Below are positions 14,850 to 26,569 of a DNA stretch of 64,000 bases, in pieces (within the stretch, counting starts at the first letter, position 1; the number at the start of each line of letters is the position of its first letter). Location: assembly GCA_965649825.1 (NCBI GenBank), contig OZ287706.1:496001-560000 (forward strand). Direction: 5' to 3'. The stretch is from Penicillus capitatus (taxonomy: Eukaryota; Plantae; Chlorophyta). The position numbers and the translations under genes were made by a program. The notes below the pieces were generated by a model. The model made no database searches. It was not told where the DNA came from and saw only the letters and a list, made by a program, of their open reading frames with translations.

Positions 14850-17073
14850 TTATGTCTTGATTGGTGTCGTCGCTGTAGTCTTGGCCTTGTAGCACCATGT
14901 ATCCTTCTTGTCTTCTGAAGTCTTCCACCAACAGCAGCCGTGCTCTTCGCACGAGTTTTGGTTGGCGAAATATCCTACAGTGCAAGACAGATAGCGTCTT
15001 CAGTCAACGACGAACTGAAGCGGAGCGGCAGATGCTGACCGCATGGTTCACGGGCGGCCAGGGGAAAGACTTTGCAGGTCTCTGGGTCGAGCTCTGTATT
15101 CGGGTAGAAGCAGACCACATCCGAGAATTCGGATCTGTTGTAACAGCAGCCCCTTCTCTGGCATTCTTCTTCCGTTGAACGGCTCGTGCCTGTCCAGATC
15201 AGAGTCGAAACGTCAAATCTTCGGAATACAGACGACCTCTTACTCACCGCAATTGCTTCTATGGAGATGATTGGCGCAGTACTTGTAGTACTTGCTAATA
15301 ACGTGAAAACATTGGATTCCATGAGATGCATATAGATCTCTGCTCCAGCAGCAGCCTTTTGCCGCGCACGTTTCTGGCGTATTCTCCCTCCCTAAGTGTT
15401 CGCACGATCGATGAGTGACACTGTGACTGGATCGTTTACCGCAGTCGTTAATGTAAGAACCTTTTGGCGGAGAACAGCCAAACGAAGTACCCGACGGACG
15501 CATCGTCTCTGGTGGGGCAATTGAACTGGGCCGCGATGATGGCTTAAACCGTCTCGCAAGCTCCGCCAACAACGCATCCTGGCTCGCAGTCGGTTTCGGT
15601 CTCTGGCACATAGCCGGCGGCTCTGTGCTCAACTCCTTTCCGCTATCGGGCGATTGCGGTGGCCGGTCGTGTACCACAGGCTTTTTTATAGACACCTTGA
15701 TCTCGGGTGGTTCCCCTGGCTTTGTCTTGCACGCCTGCAAATATCACACACATGTAAGACATCGTGTGTTACTGTCCACACAAAGTACTACTCATCAAGG
15801 CAGAGGAATGAAACCAGTTCGCAGATCGATTCAGCAAGCACTGCATGCGTCGAGAGTACCTCAAGAGGTTTCTTGCAGACGGAAAGGTCGGGTGGAGGGG
15901 GCGACGGCTTTTCCTTCGGGGGCGTCTTGCATTTGCTCCGTGGAACTTTGCCTGCCATCACTTTCATCATCCAGTTCCTGTAGTAGGAAACGCTGGAGTA
16001 AGCAGAACAGGGAGGATCGCCAGATCCACCGCGATCTTCGTTGACAGGATCGAACGACAGGACGCCGACCACCAGATCCTCTGACGGATATCCCTTGTCC
16101 AACTCGCAGGGCCAGTCGACCAACGTAAGAGGACTTCCGTCCAGACCTGAACAACAAGACCATCAGCATGGATCGACGCGAATCTCCCATTGGGCTGCTG
16201 GACGCACTCTCCCGTGTGCTTTTGCTGTCCTCGCAGAAGCAAAGCCAGCTGTCCTTCGGGACACTCTTAAGAGGCTTCCGGCATCGATTGTGTTTCTCGC
16301 TGTGGACACGCATATAGCCTTGACCACTGCACTCTGTCGCTCCATTCTCGAGGCCCCACCCAGGAGTCACCATCTTCGTCTCATCGTCGTAGACCATTCC
16401 CTCTCGAAACAGTCTTGGCAGTTCCAGGGGCGCCTGCTTATCGAGCTTGAGCATGGCGATGTCTGATCCCAGTTCGATTTTATGCGTCCAATCTTTGTGC
16501 AGGTATGCCTCTTCGACATGGAATGTCTACAGCACGCTTGCAGTCGGCAAGCCGAGGGCGGATTTGCGAGAACTGCGCCTCACCTTTTCTTCGGAGATCG
16601 TGTCGACATCGTCGATGCCGCAGTAAATGACCGGATAGCAACCGACCGAGTTCTTCACCATTGGGTCGATGCAGTGTGCCGCCGTCACGACCCAGCGTCT
16701 GCCGACGAGCGTGGCGGTGCACGAATGCTTCCGGCTTCCGGCCATCCGAAGACTGCACAGGTAAGGGAATCTTCCTGGATAGCCCTCCATTTTGTAGCAC
16801 ATCGCATTCGCATCTTCCCCATCGCCACCGTCCGTCAGGGACAAGGCCTCTCTGACATGGTGACGGACGAGCGAGTTGTACGCGCTGCGTCCTCCGAGGT
16901 CTGGATAGCAGCGAACTCTACAGTCGACCGGAGGTCCTGTCGCCAACGACGTTACCTGGGTAGGCGAATAACGGACTCGGCGCAGACAGCAACAAGCACA
17001 GCAGAAGCGCTGCGAACCCCGAAACCGTTTTGGCCAAACGCAAAGGCATCCCAGGCGAACGGAGTGGAAGCAT
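14850..17073 (-). CDS. Secreted trypsin-like (S1) serine-protease homologue, probably inactive, with Pro-rich linker and three P-type trefoil domains; multi-exon
   Basis: Signal peptide (FAALLLCLLLSAP), GRFPYLCSL, WVVTAAHC, SDIAML, VTPGWG; the GDSGGPL position reads ESLDGSPL after splicing; three C-x-CG-x-C-x3-GCC(W/Y)-x-C(F/Y) modules. Confidence 0.8.
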
Positions 17074-17499
17074 GGATGCCTCGAAATCACGATGCAGAAT
17101 CGATTCTGATGGCCTCATGTGAGGGATTTCGACTCCCGATTCTGCTTCGATCTTGCTACGTCGACCTAGCGAATCGATCTCCTTTTTGGAACGGTGGCGA
17201 GTCGCCGCTCGATCTACAGCTTCAGCCGCAAGAACGAAAATCCGATGCTCTCGATGATCCACGTGGACGAGATTCGTTCGTCCGGATACGCCTTGCAGAG
17301 CGCACGCGGATCCATCGTCTGCACTGCGGTGACCCTCCGTCGAACGTGACATACGGTCCTGATGTCTACGGCTCAGGCAGTCAGTCAGTCTGGCAGATCA
17401 ATGAACGCGAGCTGCTATGCTTTCGAACTTTCACGCTGGGTGCAGCGTCTTTGCTCTGTGCTCGCGCCTAATCGGCGTTCAGCTCCCTGTCGCGCGCAG

Positions 17500-18280
17500 G
17501 GATAGCAAGTGGCAGAACTGTCAGCCATTGTGCCATCTGTTTGCTGACGAGAAAGCGCTGTCTCTGCAGCATAGGAGGTCCCTCTTCGTTTGGTGAAATG
17601 CATTGGTACTGATTCATCCGCCTGATAGTCGGCTTGGATGCGTTCAGTCATTCGGCTGGTCTCGTTGCGTTTGTTTCTGCCGTGTAACAGACGAGTTCTC
17701 TCCTCGCAGATGCTCTGTTTCCCGGTCCACTCTATCACTCTTCTGGCGAACGACTCACAGCTTCGTCCCTTTTCGTCGACAGCCCGCAGCGCAGCGTTTT
17801 GCGACGTTCTCCGTTCGGTAAACGCTTCATTTGCGAATAGCAGTGATCTTTGGCCCAACAGTCGACGCCGAAGTGCTGGACGGCCTCGAATGTCGGAGGA
17901 GCCAGTCCAAACGCGCCGGCGACGTAACCACAGCAGGTGCATGAGTCACATCACCCGTATACTTTGTCGTCGTTAAACCGGTCGACCGTTTGTACGCTTT
18001 GCTGACTGACCTTTCGTTGCCCTGCATGACATAGTTGCACGGCAGAATCTTGCCTTGACTCTTCGACGCTGCATGCTGGACCCAGGGAACAGCAGACGGT
18101 CTAGTGCAAATACTGAAGTGACGTCGATTCGGTGTTAACGAGAGTCAGCGTGTTCTTCAGCGACACCTGCCATCCACCACAACTGCTCCACACTCATGTC
18201 TTGAACGCGGGAGTGTGCTGAAGAACATTCTAACGCAACCGATCGCACTCACAACGCGGGACACCGATCGAGACGTCTCA
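17500..18280 (-). CDS. Hypothetical Cys-containing multi-exon protein
   Basis: GT-AG-bounded segments with protein-like frames (DMSVEQLWWMA, RLLFPGSS, CTCCGYVAGAFG...HFGVDCWAKDHCYSQ); splicing not fully resolved. Confidence 0.25.
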
Positions 18281-18391
18281 TTGAAGCGGTGTTCGGTTTA
18301 CAGTGTGATACGAGGTCCAATCTTCTGACAAACAGCGACACCCGGGCCTAAGAGTCGCAAGATCCGAGTACTGCCTCCGTCGCAGCTCGGA

Positions 18392-19095
18392 TCACAAGAT
18401 CTTGATCGTGAAGGAACCTAGACAGGCAGAGCCTCAGTCAAGGGATCCCTCACTGCCCCATTCTTACATAGAGGAACGGCATTCGCGTCTCCCGACACAA
18501 GACAGTTCACGCCAAGGTGCGTCAAGGCTCCTAAGCCGCACGAACACTCTCGGCAAATGACATGGAGATCGTCCATTCTCGCCCTTGATGATGCCGCAGG
18601 GCAAGGCAAGGTACTGCTGCAACAGCCGCATGCGTGCTGGCGTTTCGCAGTCGGTCGTGCTGGACGCGTTGATGTGTGCCATCCAGCGGAACTGGTTGTC
18701 CTGGAGAACGTAGACGCCCTACAGTTACTAGTCTCTCGCCGCCGGTGTAAGGATACAATAAGGAAGAACCCTGTGATTGGTCTTCAGATTATCGACCTGT
18801 TTCTGGAAAACGTGCATCCAGAACTCCTTACAGAGAAATTTGATGACGTCCAGGTCGTCTGCCATTCTTGGACGGCCTCGAGAGCATCTACCGACGAGAG
18901 AATCGTCGTGCAGATGAAGGTGCGAGACATCTGTGACCGTTCAACGAGCTGCTTGCCGACTCGGTTGCCTATTGCCTCCAGCGTCGCCATCGCCTTGGCA
19001 GTCGAGGCTTCGGACGTGTACTTGTGCACGAGTTCCATGAACAAGAAATCCAAACATGATTCGGCGCAGTTTCTCGGGAGCGACGACGCTGGCAT
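18392..19095 (-). CDS. TRS33: TRAPP complex subunit TRAPPC6/Trs33 (Bet3 family); multi-exon
   Basis: CAESCLDFLFMELV, LEAIGNRVGKQLVER, LDVIKFLCKEFW, QVDNLKTNHR, YVLQDNQFRW, YLALPCGIIKG, C|SFTIKIL*. Confidence 0.92.
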
Positions 19096-20979
19096 GCTAC
19101 AACGCGAGACCTTCCACAATACAGCACCTCCATTCCGTCATCAAGGCTCGTTAGATGGCGAACGCACGTCCTTTCATCTGTCATCGTGAGACCTCTAACT
19201 CGGAATGCCTAAGTCCGTCCCTGGCGACAGAATAGCGCTGCGATCAGTCATTGACTCTTTGGCTCGGGCAGCCGCGAAGAGAAACGGTCAGAGCGACGGA
19301 TTCGCCTGGCGGCTTCGATTGCCGGAAGAAGACGCCGCTTCGCTTGTATGTGAAAGGACTTTGCTGTCTGGCCTTTGATGAATAGTGCGATTAGGTTTTT
19401 GTTTCTGTTGCTATAAAGCACTGTCGTTGTTCAGATACATCGCCGTGTCCTTCGGCGAGCGGCTTCGCGTCGGTTGTCGGCGGTCTTGGAAACGAATGCT
19501 GTTACCAAAAACGAAAGTTTACATCTCGAATCCTCTTATCGAGTTGTTCGTTCATTTGCGCCGTGATGTCTTTTCAACGTCTTCTTCATCTGTCGGCGAT
19601 CACATAAGAACGTCTCGTTATTCTCCCTCGTCGTCGATGTGACTCCATGGTCTCCAACCACGATGGAGTTTATAGCGGTTAAGAGACCGAGAATTACTCT
19701 TCTGGGAAGAGCGAGGTCTATGCAGCGAGACCTATCGACCTTGACCGCAGATACACTCGTGTCCTCTTTAAAGATGATGCTAACGCTACATGCGTGATCA
19801 AACGCATACACCTCGACACTCATTTGTGATAGCAGAGGGTGTGAAATGGCTCACAGATAAACACCTACCCTTTGCGCTATCTGGATGCCTCTGGGGAGCA
19901 GAATTCTGGATGAACAGCAGCGTTCTCAGCTGTTTCGCCTGCAGATGCGTCCTTGCGCCCGTTAACGCAGAGATGCGTCAGAAACCAAGGCATCCGAATC
20001 TTTGCTACCACGGAACGATGCTAAGCAGACTATTTCGTTTGGCGTGTGGGAAGGATTCAGTCACCTCATAGATAGAACATATTTATTCATATACCAAACG
20101 TTACGCTAGAAATCAGCAGACGATGTGTTTCTGATAAATCAAACCAACGGAGTGTCGTCATTCGGCACCAACTGAATTACTCCTCATAATGTACAGAGAT
20201 TGGAAGCGACCTGCGAGTATTGGCTTCTGGACTGACAGGAGCACAACCATTTACGCCGTCAATGCGATCGCGTCTTCCTTGCATAACTGAAAGACCATAC
20301 CCAACAAAGCGAGAAAGTGTTGTATCATTGTGCTTGACGACGATGGCACAAATATAACCGTCCTCTCTCTGGTTTAGTCTCCATACACACGCTTTATCTC
20401 TCCTTTGGACCCGACATACATACATAGATCATTGCATGATCTGCCAGTAAAGAACAAACAACCTTTCTGGCGTTGTGAAACAACAGAAATGAGTGCCTCT
20501 GTCTTTTTCGATTGGTGTGGGTGGCAAGACTGTTAAGTACCCTCCTTTAGGTGCTGAGAAACATCGGCTTCGTTGTTCGTGGATTCTGATGAAGAATTCG
20601 TTGCTTTGCTCTGTGGCTTCGAGGCATAATGTGAGGCGTATGCAGAAATCACCGTACCAACAAGCGAATACTGTCGATTCGTCTCTGACAATCACTTGCC
20701 CTTCAGCCGTATATGCAGTAAGGTAATATCCCTGAGCCTTGAAATAGACTTTTCCTGGGTGGATAACTTGAATTCGAACTATAACATGGAAATAAGATAG
20801 AATGAAAGAGAAAAAATTCAGTGACGTGACCTGGTGCGGTAAGCACGTGTGGTTTAGGTTTCATAATAGGAACTCGGTTAGGGGCTGAAGGAACTGCGAC
20901 ATGCAGGTTTAACAGAACGAATGAAAGAAAACAATGGCATTACCTGATGTGCTAGGAAATCTCGGTCTAGAACTGGACG

Positions 20980-22875
20980 CTATGTATGACACATACAAAT
21001 TGGATAGAACGAACATATGACATAACTGGCGTTACCGTATTCGGCGACGGGGCGATGTGTGTCGAGATACTTCTTAAATGGAATGGGCGGTCCCCTAGAT
21101 GGCATACGAAACCAATCATACCTGAATTCACCACGAGATTCAAAGTCGCTGCCCATCGCTGGATGCGTTACGTTGTCTGTAGGATCTTCTCCTTGGGCAA
21201 CAAATCTCCACATTCCTTGGTAAATAGTACATCCATGATCGCCGACTCTATTTCCGACTCTGAAATTTCCATCCAGCTTGTACTTCGCCAGGAAGTTCGT
21301 ATGAGCTGTTAGGACATCGAGAGGTTCGTTTGCCGACAGTGGAAAAGATAGAAACAAAAACACTTCGCCATCAATGCTCCACTGTCCTTCCAGGACATTT
21401 CCCACACGACTGCTGTTCGGTGACTCTTCAATCGACAACCAGCCACTCAGATCTGAATTCTCTTGCAGCCACAGCACCATTTTGTTGCGATACTCCTTTC
21501 CATTGGCAGCGAAGATGATCCCCTCTGCCTCCAAGGGTCCAGGACGAAGCAGGAAGTGATACTGAAATGGGGGCGGCATAATCTGCGGATACATGAAATC
21601 GCCGTACAAAGCAGTCCTCCACATCCTCTCGCCAACCAACTGAAATGCCGCATGGATGGATGCAACAGCGTGGAGATTGCCTTTATACTGATAGCTTCCA
21701 TTGGTGAAAGACAGTCTTCGACTAGAAACATCCCACTCTCCATTCACGATGATATGGCCATCCTCCCTATCGCGATTCTTTATCGCACAGAACATATACC
21801 CCTGTACACTTCTTTTTGGGTTAAGGCAGATAACAAGGTGGAAGAATTCCACAATGCCATTTGCTCCTTTAAGCTGACCATGTCCTTCATACAATCCAGG
21901 TTTCAGCAGTTGCTCGTCTTTGTTTGCCATTTGGCGACCCGCTGGCCCTTCGATGCCCAACATGGAGCGTACCATGCTTTTAACCGCGCGGTTTGGAATG
22001 AGTTCTCCGTATCTGATCTCGATCTTGGTTGTTGGGTCCTCTCTATGTCCACGGCGCATCCACTCCACAACGCTGGCTCTGTCATAGGTCACGCCCGAAT
22101 CCTTCAACACAACCGGATCTTTCATGACCTCCTTGCTGATGGGACAACAGAGATGTCCGCGAATCTCATTGCTCAGCTGCAAAGACGCGGCTCTCTCTTT
22201 CTCATCGATGGACTCAGAAACGACGTCGATGATCTGTTGTAGCTCGAATTCATGTTGTGTGTCTTTCTCTCTGCGCGCCTCTTCGATGTACCTCTTAAAC
22301 ACATCCAAGTCCTGTAGACGCGCTTCGACCGTGCTGGAGTGTTCTTTTATCATGTCGACAATGATAGATTTCATCTCCTCTGTTCCTTTTCGATTCTCGT
22401 GAAATGCCTTTTCCAGTTCCTCCCTCAACTTACGCGTCTGATTCGTGGACACTGCGACACTGTCGAATTTGGCTCGGCGCAAGTGCTCTGTGAGCTCGAG
22501 TATGCGTTCATGCATCTCTGTTGTAATGGGCAGACTCGCCAAAGGCAACTGATTCAATGCGTGTTCCAGTTTCTGAGATGCCTGCTTCAGCATCTCGCTA
22601 TTCTTGGAAGCGCACACCATTGCGGCGAGATATGTCGACGTGCAGCACCTCTCTATGGCTTTGTCCGCTTCGTTGACAGCGTCGAGCACAAGGTCCAGCG
22701 CCTCCAGCAGCGAAGGGTCATCTAACGGATGCTGCTCCAGGGCGTGTAAAAAAGGTTTCGTCTGTTCCGCCAACGAGGCAAGCGACTTACACTCTTCGAC
22801 ATTTGCCACCGCGTGTGCGGCATGTTTGGCAATGCCTTCGACAACCTTTAAGGCCGCACTTAAAATATCCATCAC
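20980..22875 (-). CDS. U-box E3 ligase with N-terminal MLKL/RPW8-like helical bundle and duplicated C-terminal beta-rich domain; intronless
   Basis: 631-aa ORF; U-box LCCPISKEVMKDPVVLKDSGVTYDRASVVEW; N-terminal amphipathic helices (NVEECKSLA...LEHAL). Confidence 0.85.
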   Translation of the reverse strand: MMDILSAALKVVEGIAKHAAHAVANVEECKSLASLAEQTKPFLHALEQHPLDDPSLLEALDLVLDAVNEADKAIERCCTSTYLAAMVCASKNSEMLKQASQKLEHALNQLPLASLPITTEMHERILELTEHLRRAKFDSVAVSTNQTRKLREELEKAFHENRKGTEEMKSIIVDMIKEHSSTVEARLQDLDVFKRYIEEARREKDTQHEFELQQIIDVVSESIDEKERAASLQLSNEIRGHLCCPISKEVMKDPVVLKDSGVTYDRASVVEWMRRGHREDPTTKIEIRYGELIPNRAVKSMVRSMLGIEGPAGRQMANKDEQLLKPGLYEGHGQLKGANGIVEFFHLVICLNPKRSVQGYMFCAIKNRDREDGHIIVNGEWDVSSRRLSFTNGSYQYKGNLHAVASIHAAFQLVGERMWRTALYGDFMYPQIMPPPFQYHFLLRPGPLEAEGIIFAANGKEYRNKMVLWLQENSDLSGWLSIEESPNSSRVGNVLEGQWSIDGEVFLFLSFPLSANEPLDVLTAHTNFLAKYKLDGNFRVGNRVGDHGCTIYQGMWRFVAQGEDPTDNVTHPAMGSDFESRGEFRYDWFRMPSRGPPIPFKKYLDTHRPVAEYGNASYVICSFYPICMCHT

Positions 22876-23599
22876 GTTGCGGAATTAGGAAAATGCATAA
22901 CGTTGACGACACTCTTGCGCCGTGAGGCTGTAACCGGTCGGCGCATTTATGGCATGAAGTCGTGGTCTGATGCAGAATCTCTCTAGACTGCCCTCGAAGG
23001 TTTCTGTCTCCACTCGTTCAGATCAGCTAGACGACGCATGACGGTACACCGGTAATCAATTGTTGTATTGTTGCGCTCTACCGACGTTTGAGTCGACCAC
23101 GGAATCAATTAACGGTTAAAACTGTGTACATAATGATGATGGTGTCGCCTTTATCGTTTCTCTAGCTTTGCGTATCGACCAACACCTTGTCGTTTACGCA
23201 GCTTCCCTGGTCACCGTCAAGCAATCAATCTCATAGAAGCATTTCACAGAGTATGCGTTTAGGGTATACGTATGTGAGATAATAGTTTGCGCGAGCAAAG
23301 TGTGATTGGAAATCTACGTTCGGCATGCAGTTTGCATGATAAGCACGTCCCCATTTGCATCTGCGACGAGACACGTTTCCAGAACATGCTCGAGCTATCT
23401 ACCCCGGATGATCAGAATTCTTAAATGTCCAGTACGGACGGTGTCGAATGGGAACCAAAGAGATTCCATTCGTGGCGAACGCATTCAACACTTTGTTTTA
23501 CGTTCACCAGACATCACTCTGATGGCCGTTATTTGCGCATGATGCTTTCTTTTCCTTTCGGCGAGTGATCGATCAAAAGGATCATGGGACCGTCGTTGT

Positions 23600-25070
23600 G
23601 GTCGGCCGTGCTGTTCAGTTGACTGCTGCTTTTTACTGTGCAGGTGGGATTAAAGCAAGAAGTGTGAAGAAAGTAGTCAGTGTGTTTTTTTGGCATTCTC
23701 GCCTAAACCCATCGTTTGTGTACCTTGTTCCCGTAGAACCCACTGCACGAGACCAAAGTAATTTCAGAACTCGTTGGCCGACTGAATCAATTCAAGCGAC
23801 AAAGGAGAACTTCCTGAAACGCACAGAGCACTTGGCAGCGAACAAAGAGGGACCTTAATGTTCCGCTTGTCGACACGAAAGAGAGATCCGCATTCGATCT
23901 GTCGGCGGTCAAAAGATAATTCATAGGCATTGCGTCCAAGCAGAAAGACCTTTTTCGGCGAAGGTGCAAACGCCGAGTGTTTTCCAATCCAGACTCCGAG
24001 GAAGAGACGACAGCGAAGACGCGGACCAAGAATGCTAGGAAGTCTATGCAAACGACTAGAGTGTGTACTGAGAACCCGCCTACCTGTAAAAACAGAACAG
24101 AGCTTGTTGTCGATCGAGAACTACGGTTCACGTTGCGCGACGACGGCAAACGCGACGGACACAAAAGCAATTCTTTAAAGCTCCGTATTCAGCGGCGGAA
24201 AGAATCGAAGGGCAAGAGGACAAAAGTTTTTGTCCGGGTGGTGACTCCGTCGTCGGCCCCCGAACTGGCTCGACGTTGTCCTTTCCCCGCCGTAACCCAT
24301 CCAACTCGGCGCGGGCTCGCCAGACACATCCGGGTCAACTCTGATGGGACTACCCTCCTCTGTGTCCGGCGCAGGAATCGAACCCCCGCGGTCGTACTTC
24401 TCGAACTGGCCAACTGCACCATCCGCATACGGGTCGATCCCCACCGTCGAGAAGTTGCCGACCCCATCGTATGCCCACAGGTGACGACTTCGTTGACGAC
24501 TCTGGTGCCACTTCGCCTCCTCCCGTGCATCTATGACGACTTCGTTGACGACTTTAACGCGCAACGACCGTGCTCATGTGACGACTCCTGACAACTTCTG
24601 CAAGATCCTGCCCGTTTCTGCGTTTCTCCTAATTCACCACGTCTCCTTTCACCTCTCGAGGCGTTCTCTCACAGACGTAGACTTCTACTTCGACGATAGG
24701 GAGGAGATTACGAGAGTGCACTTGGACTTCGTCGAGCTATTCTAGACGCATCTTTGCGAGTCTAACCGAGACTGATTTTTTCTGTGTGCTGCAAGCGGCG
24801 AATGCGTTCGTCCAGACACCAAAGAGGAAACCAGTGGTCCGAAAGTCGCGTTAAATGTCTCAAAAAGCAAGTGCAAACATCCTCGTCAAATGTTCTCGGA
24901 CTAAACAGTGAAAGAGAGAATGCATTGTCCAATAAGATACAGGAGAAGGCTGCATTAGACCGCAACGACGTTTGCTTTCTTGTCATCTGCGCCGTCCACC
25001 CAATTTGGTACCAAAAAAGGGAATGCAAACTTGATGGAAATACAGACTGCAGCCGTTGTCGAGCTTAGCT
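23600..25070 (+). pseudogene. GNOM/GBF-type ARF-GEF remnant, copy A (HUS-region end, linker core, start of Sec7)
   Basis: Homologous to 39730-41560, 46880-47970 and 55790-56800; decayed LCKRLERVLRTRLPV (FPVN region) and DFYFDDREEITRVHLDFVELF (Sec7 start); stops and frameshifts. Confidence 0.7.
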
Positions 25071-25168
25071 ACAAGATGGATCTATCACTCCGGGGAACTG
25101 TCATATCGGCAACCAGAGTAGCGACTCTCAGCGACTACTAAGATTTGGTTCATTGCTGAAGGTCGGTC

Positions 25169-26500
25169 ATGATCCGCGCATCGAAACCGCACGGCCGACT
25201 ACTGGACAGCACGTTTCGACTTGCGGAGTCGAAGCGTCGTGCGAATCTGCGACACGACTTCACTCGGCGACGGGTTCAGAAATCGGAGAACGACGTTGCC
25301 GTTTCGAAGGAGGCCCAGCGGACGACCGGCCGAACGCAGCGTCTGTGGTCCAACCTCGACCCGGAGACTCTCAAACACGAGCCTGGAAACGTCTTCGGCG
25401 CCGCCGCCCTCGTGGCAGGCACAACGATCGGCGCCGGCATCCTTGCCCTCCCTGCCGTCACCTAGGTCTCCCGACAGCCACCGGCCTTTCGAACGAGAGC
25501 AGTGCTTCTCAGGAGTCCGGCTTCGTCGCGTCGAGCGTCGCCATCTGCGGCGTCTGCGCTTTCTCGGTGGTCACGGGGCTCCTCATCGCCGAGGTCAACA
25601 TAAACACGATGTGCGAACTCGGCTCCGGGGCGTCTCGCTGACGTCCATGGCCGAAAGGACTCTGGGTCCTCTGGGCACGCGCATCTCGAGCGCGGCCTAC
25701 GTCTTCCTTCACTACGCCTTCCTCGCCGCCTATATATCCCGAGGCGGTGGCATCCTGAGCGAGTGGTTCGACGTACCTCCGTGGACAGGTAGGTGGTATC
25801 ATCTTCGCCTTGCCGCTCGGCGGCCTGTGCTACGCGTCCAGCACCAAGACGCTGAACGTCGTCAACTCCGCTCTCGTGGCGTGCGTCATCGGATCGTTCC
25901 TGAGTCTGCTGCTGGTCGGCAGCGGAGGCATCCAGCTCGACAACCTCGCCAAGGCAGACTGGTCGGCTGTTCCCGCAAGCCTCTCCATCCTGTCCCTGGC
26001 CTTCGTCTACCACAACATCGTCCCAGTGGTGGCGTCGGACTTGGAAGGCGACATCCAGAAGGTGCGCACGGCCGTCGTCTTGGGCACAGTAGTGCCGCTG
26101 ATCATGTTTCTGTCGTGGGACGCCACGATACTCGGATCCGCCTCGTCTGGTAGCGCTGCAGATCCTCTGGGAGCCCTACAGTCGAGCAACCCGCTCTTCT
26201 CGCCGCTGGTGCAGAGCTTCTCTCTGTTTGCACTGGCCACCTCGTATATCGGATTCGTTCTGGGTCTCGCGGACTTCATCTCTGACGCCGTTAAGTTGCC
26301 CTCCGGTCGGCAGCCCGTTCCGTACCTTGTCGCATTGCTGCCGCTTCTGGGACTGCATTCACCTACCCCGACGTGTTCTTTAAAGTCCCGGACTACGCCG
26401 GGACATACGAAGTGCTCGTCCCGTTCGGCGTGGTTCCGGCTCTGATGGCTCAGCCTCTAGACATGTCTCCGATGTCGACGGTCTAAAGTGGGCGACGGCC
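25169..26500 (+). pseudogene. Trp/Tyr permease (HAAAP family) pseudogene
   Basis: GNVFGAAALVAGTTIGAGILALPAVT*|ESGF, YHNIVPVV, FALATSYIGFVLGL, YPDVFFK..DYAGTY; TAG at 25463-25465 and at least three frameshifts (~25630, ~25790, ~26350). Confidence 0.85.
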
Positions 26501-26569
26501 CGTCGCGCGTCCAGAGAGACATTTGGTGGCCTGCTTCTTTGTGAGGCCAGAAGCCGTCAGAGAGCGACA

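Noticed and set aside
14697-14852. Stop-codon read-through extension of the trefoil protein (frame stays open ~50 codons after TAA)
   Set aside because: No recognisable motif or read-through context; an open stretch of this length is common by chance.
19200-20700. Short ORFs between TRAPPC6 and the U-box gene
   Set aside because: Frequent stops in all frames and no recognisable family. Possibly more decayed fragments, but this cannot be supported.
24335-24400. Hammerhead ribozyme suggested by CTGATG in the core
   Set aside because: The sequence is CUGAUGG rather than CUGANGA, and there is no GAAA/UH core arrangement.
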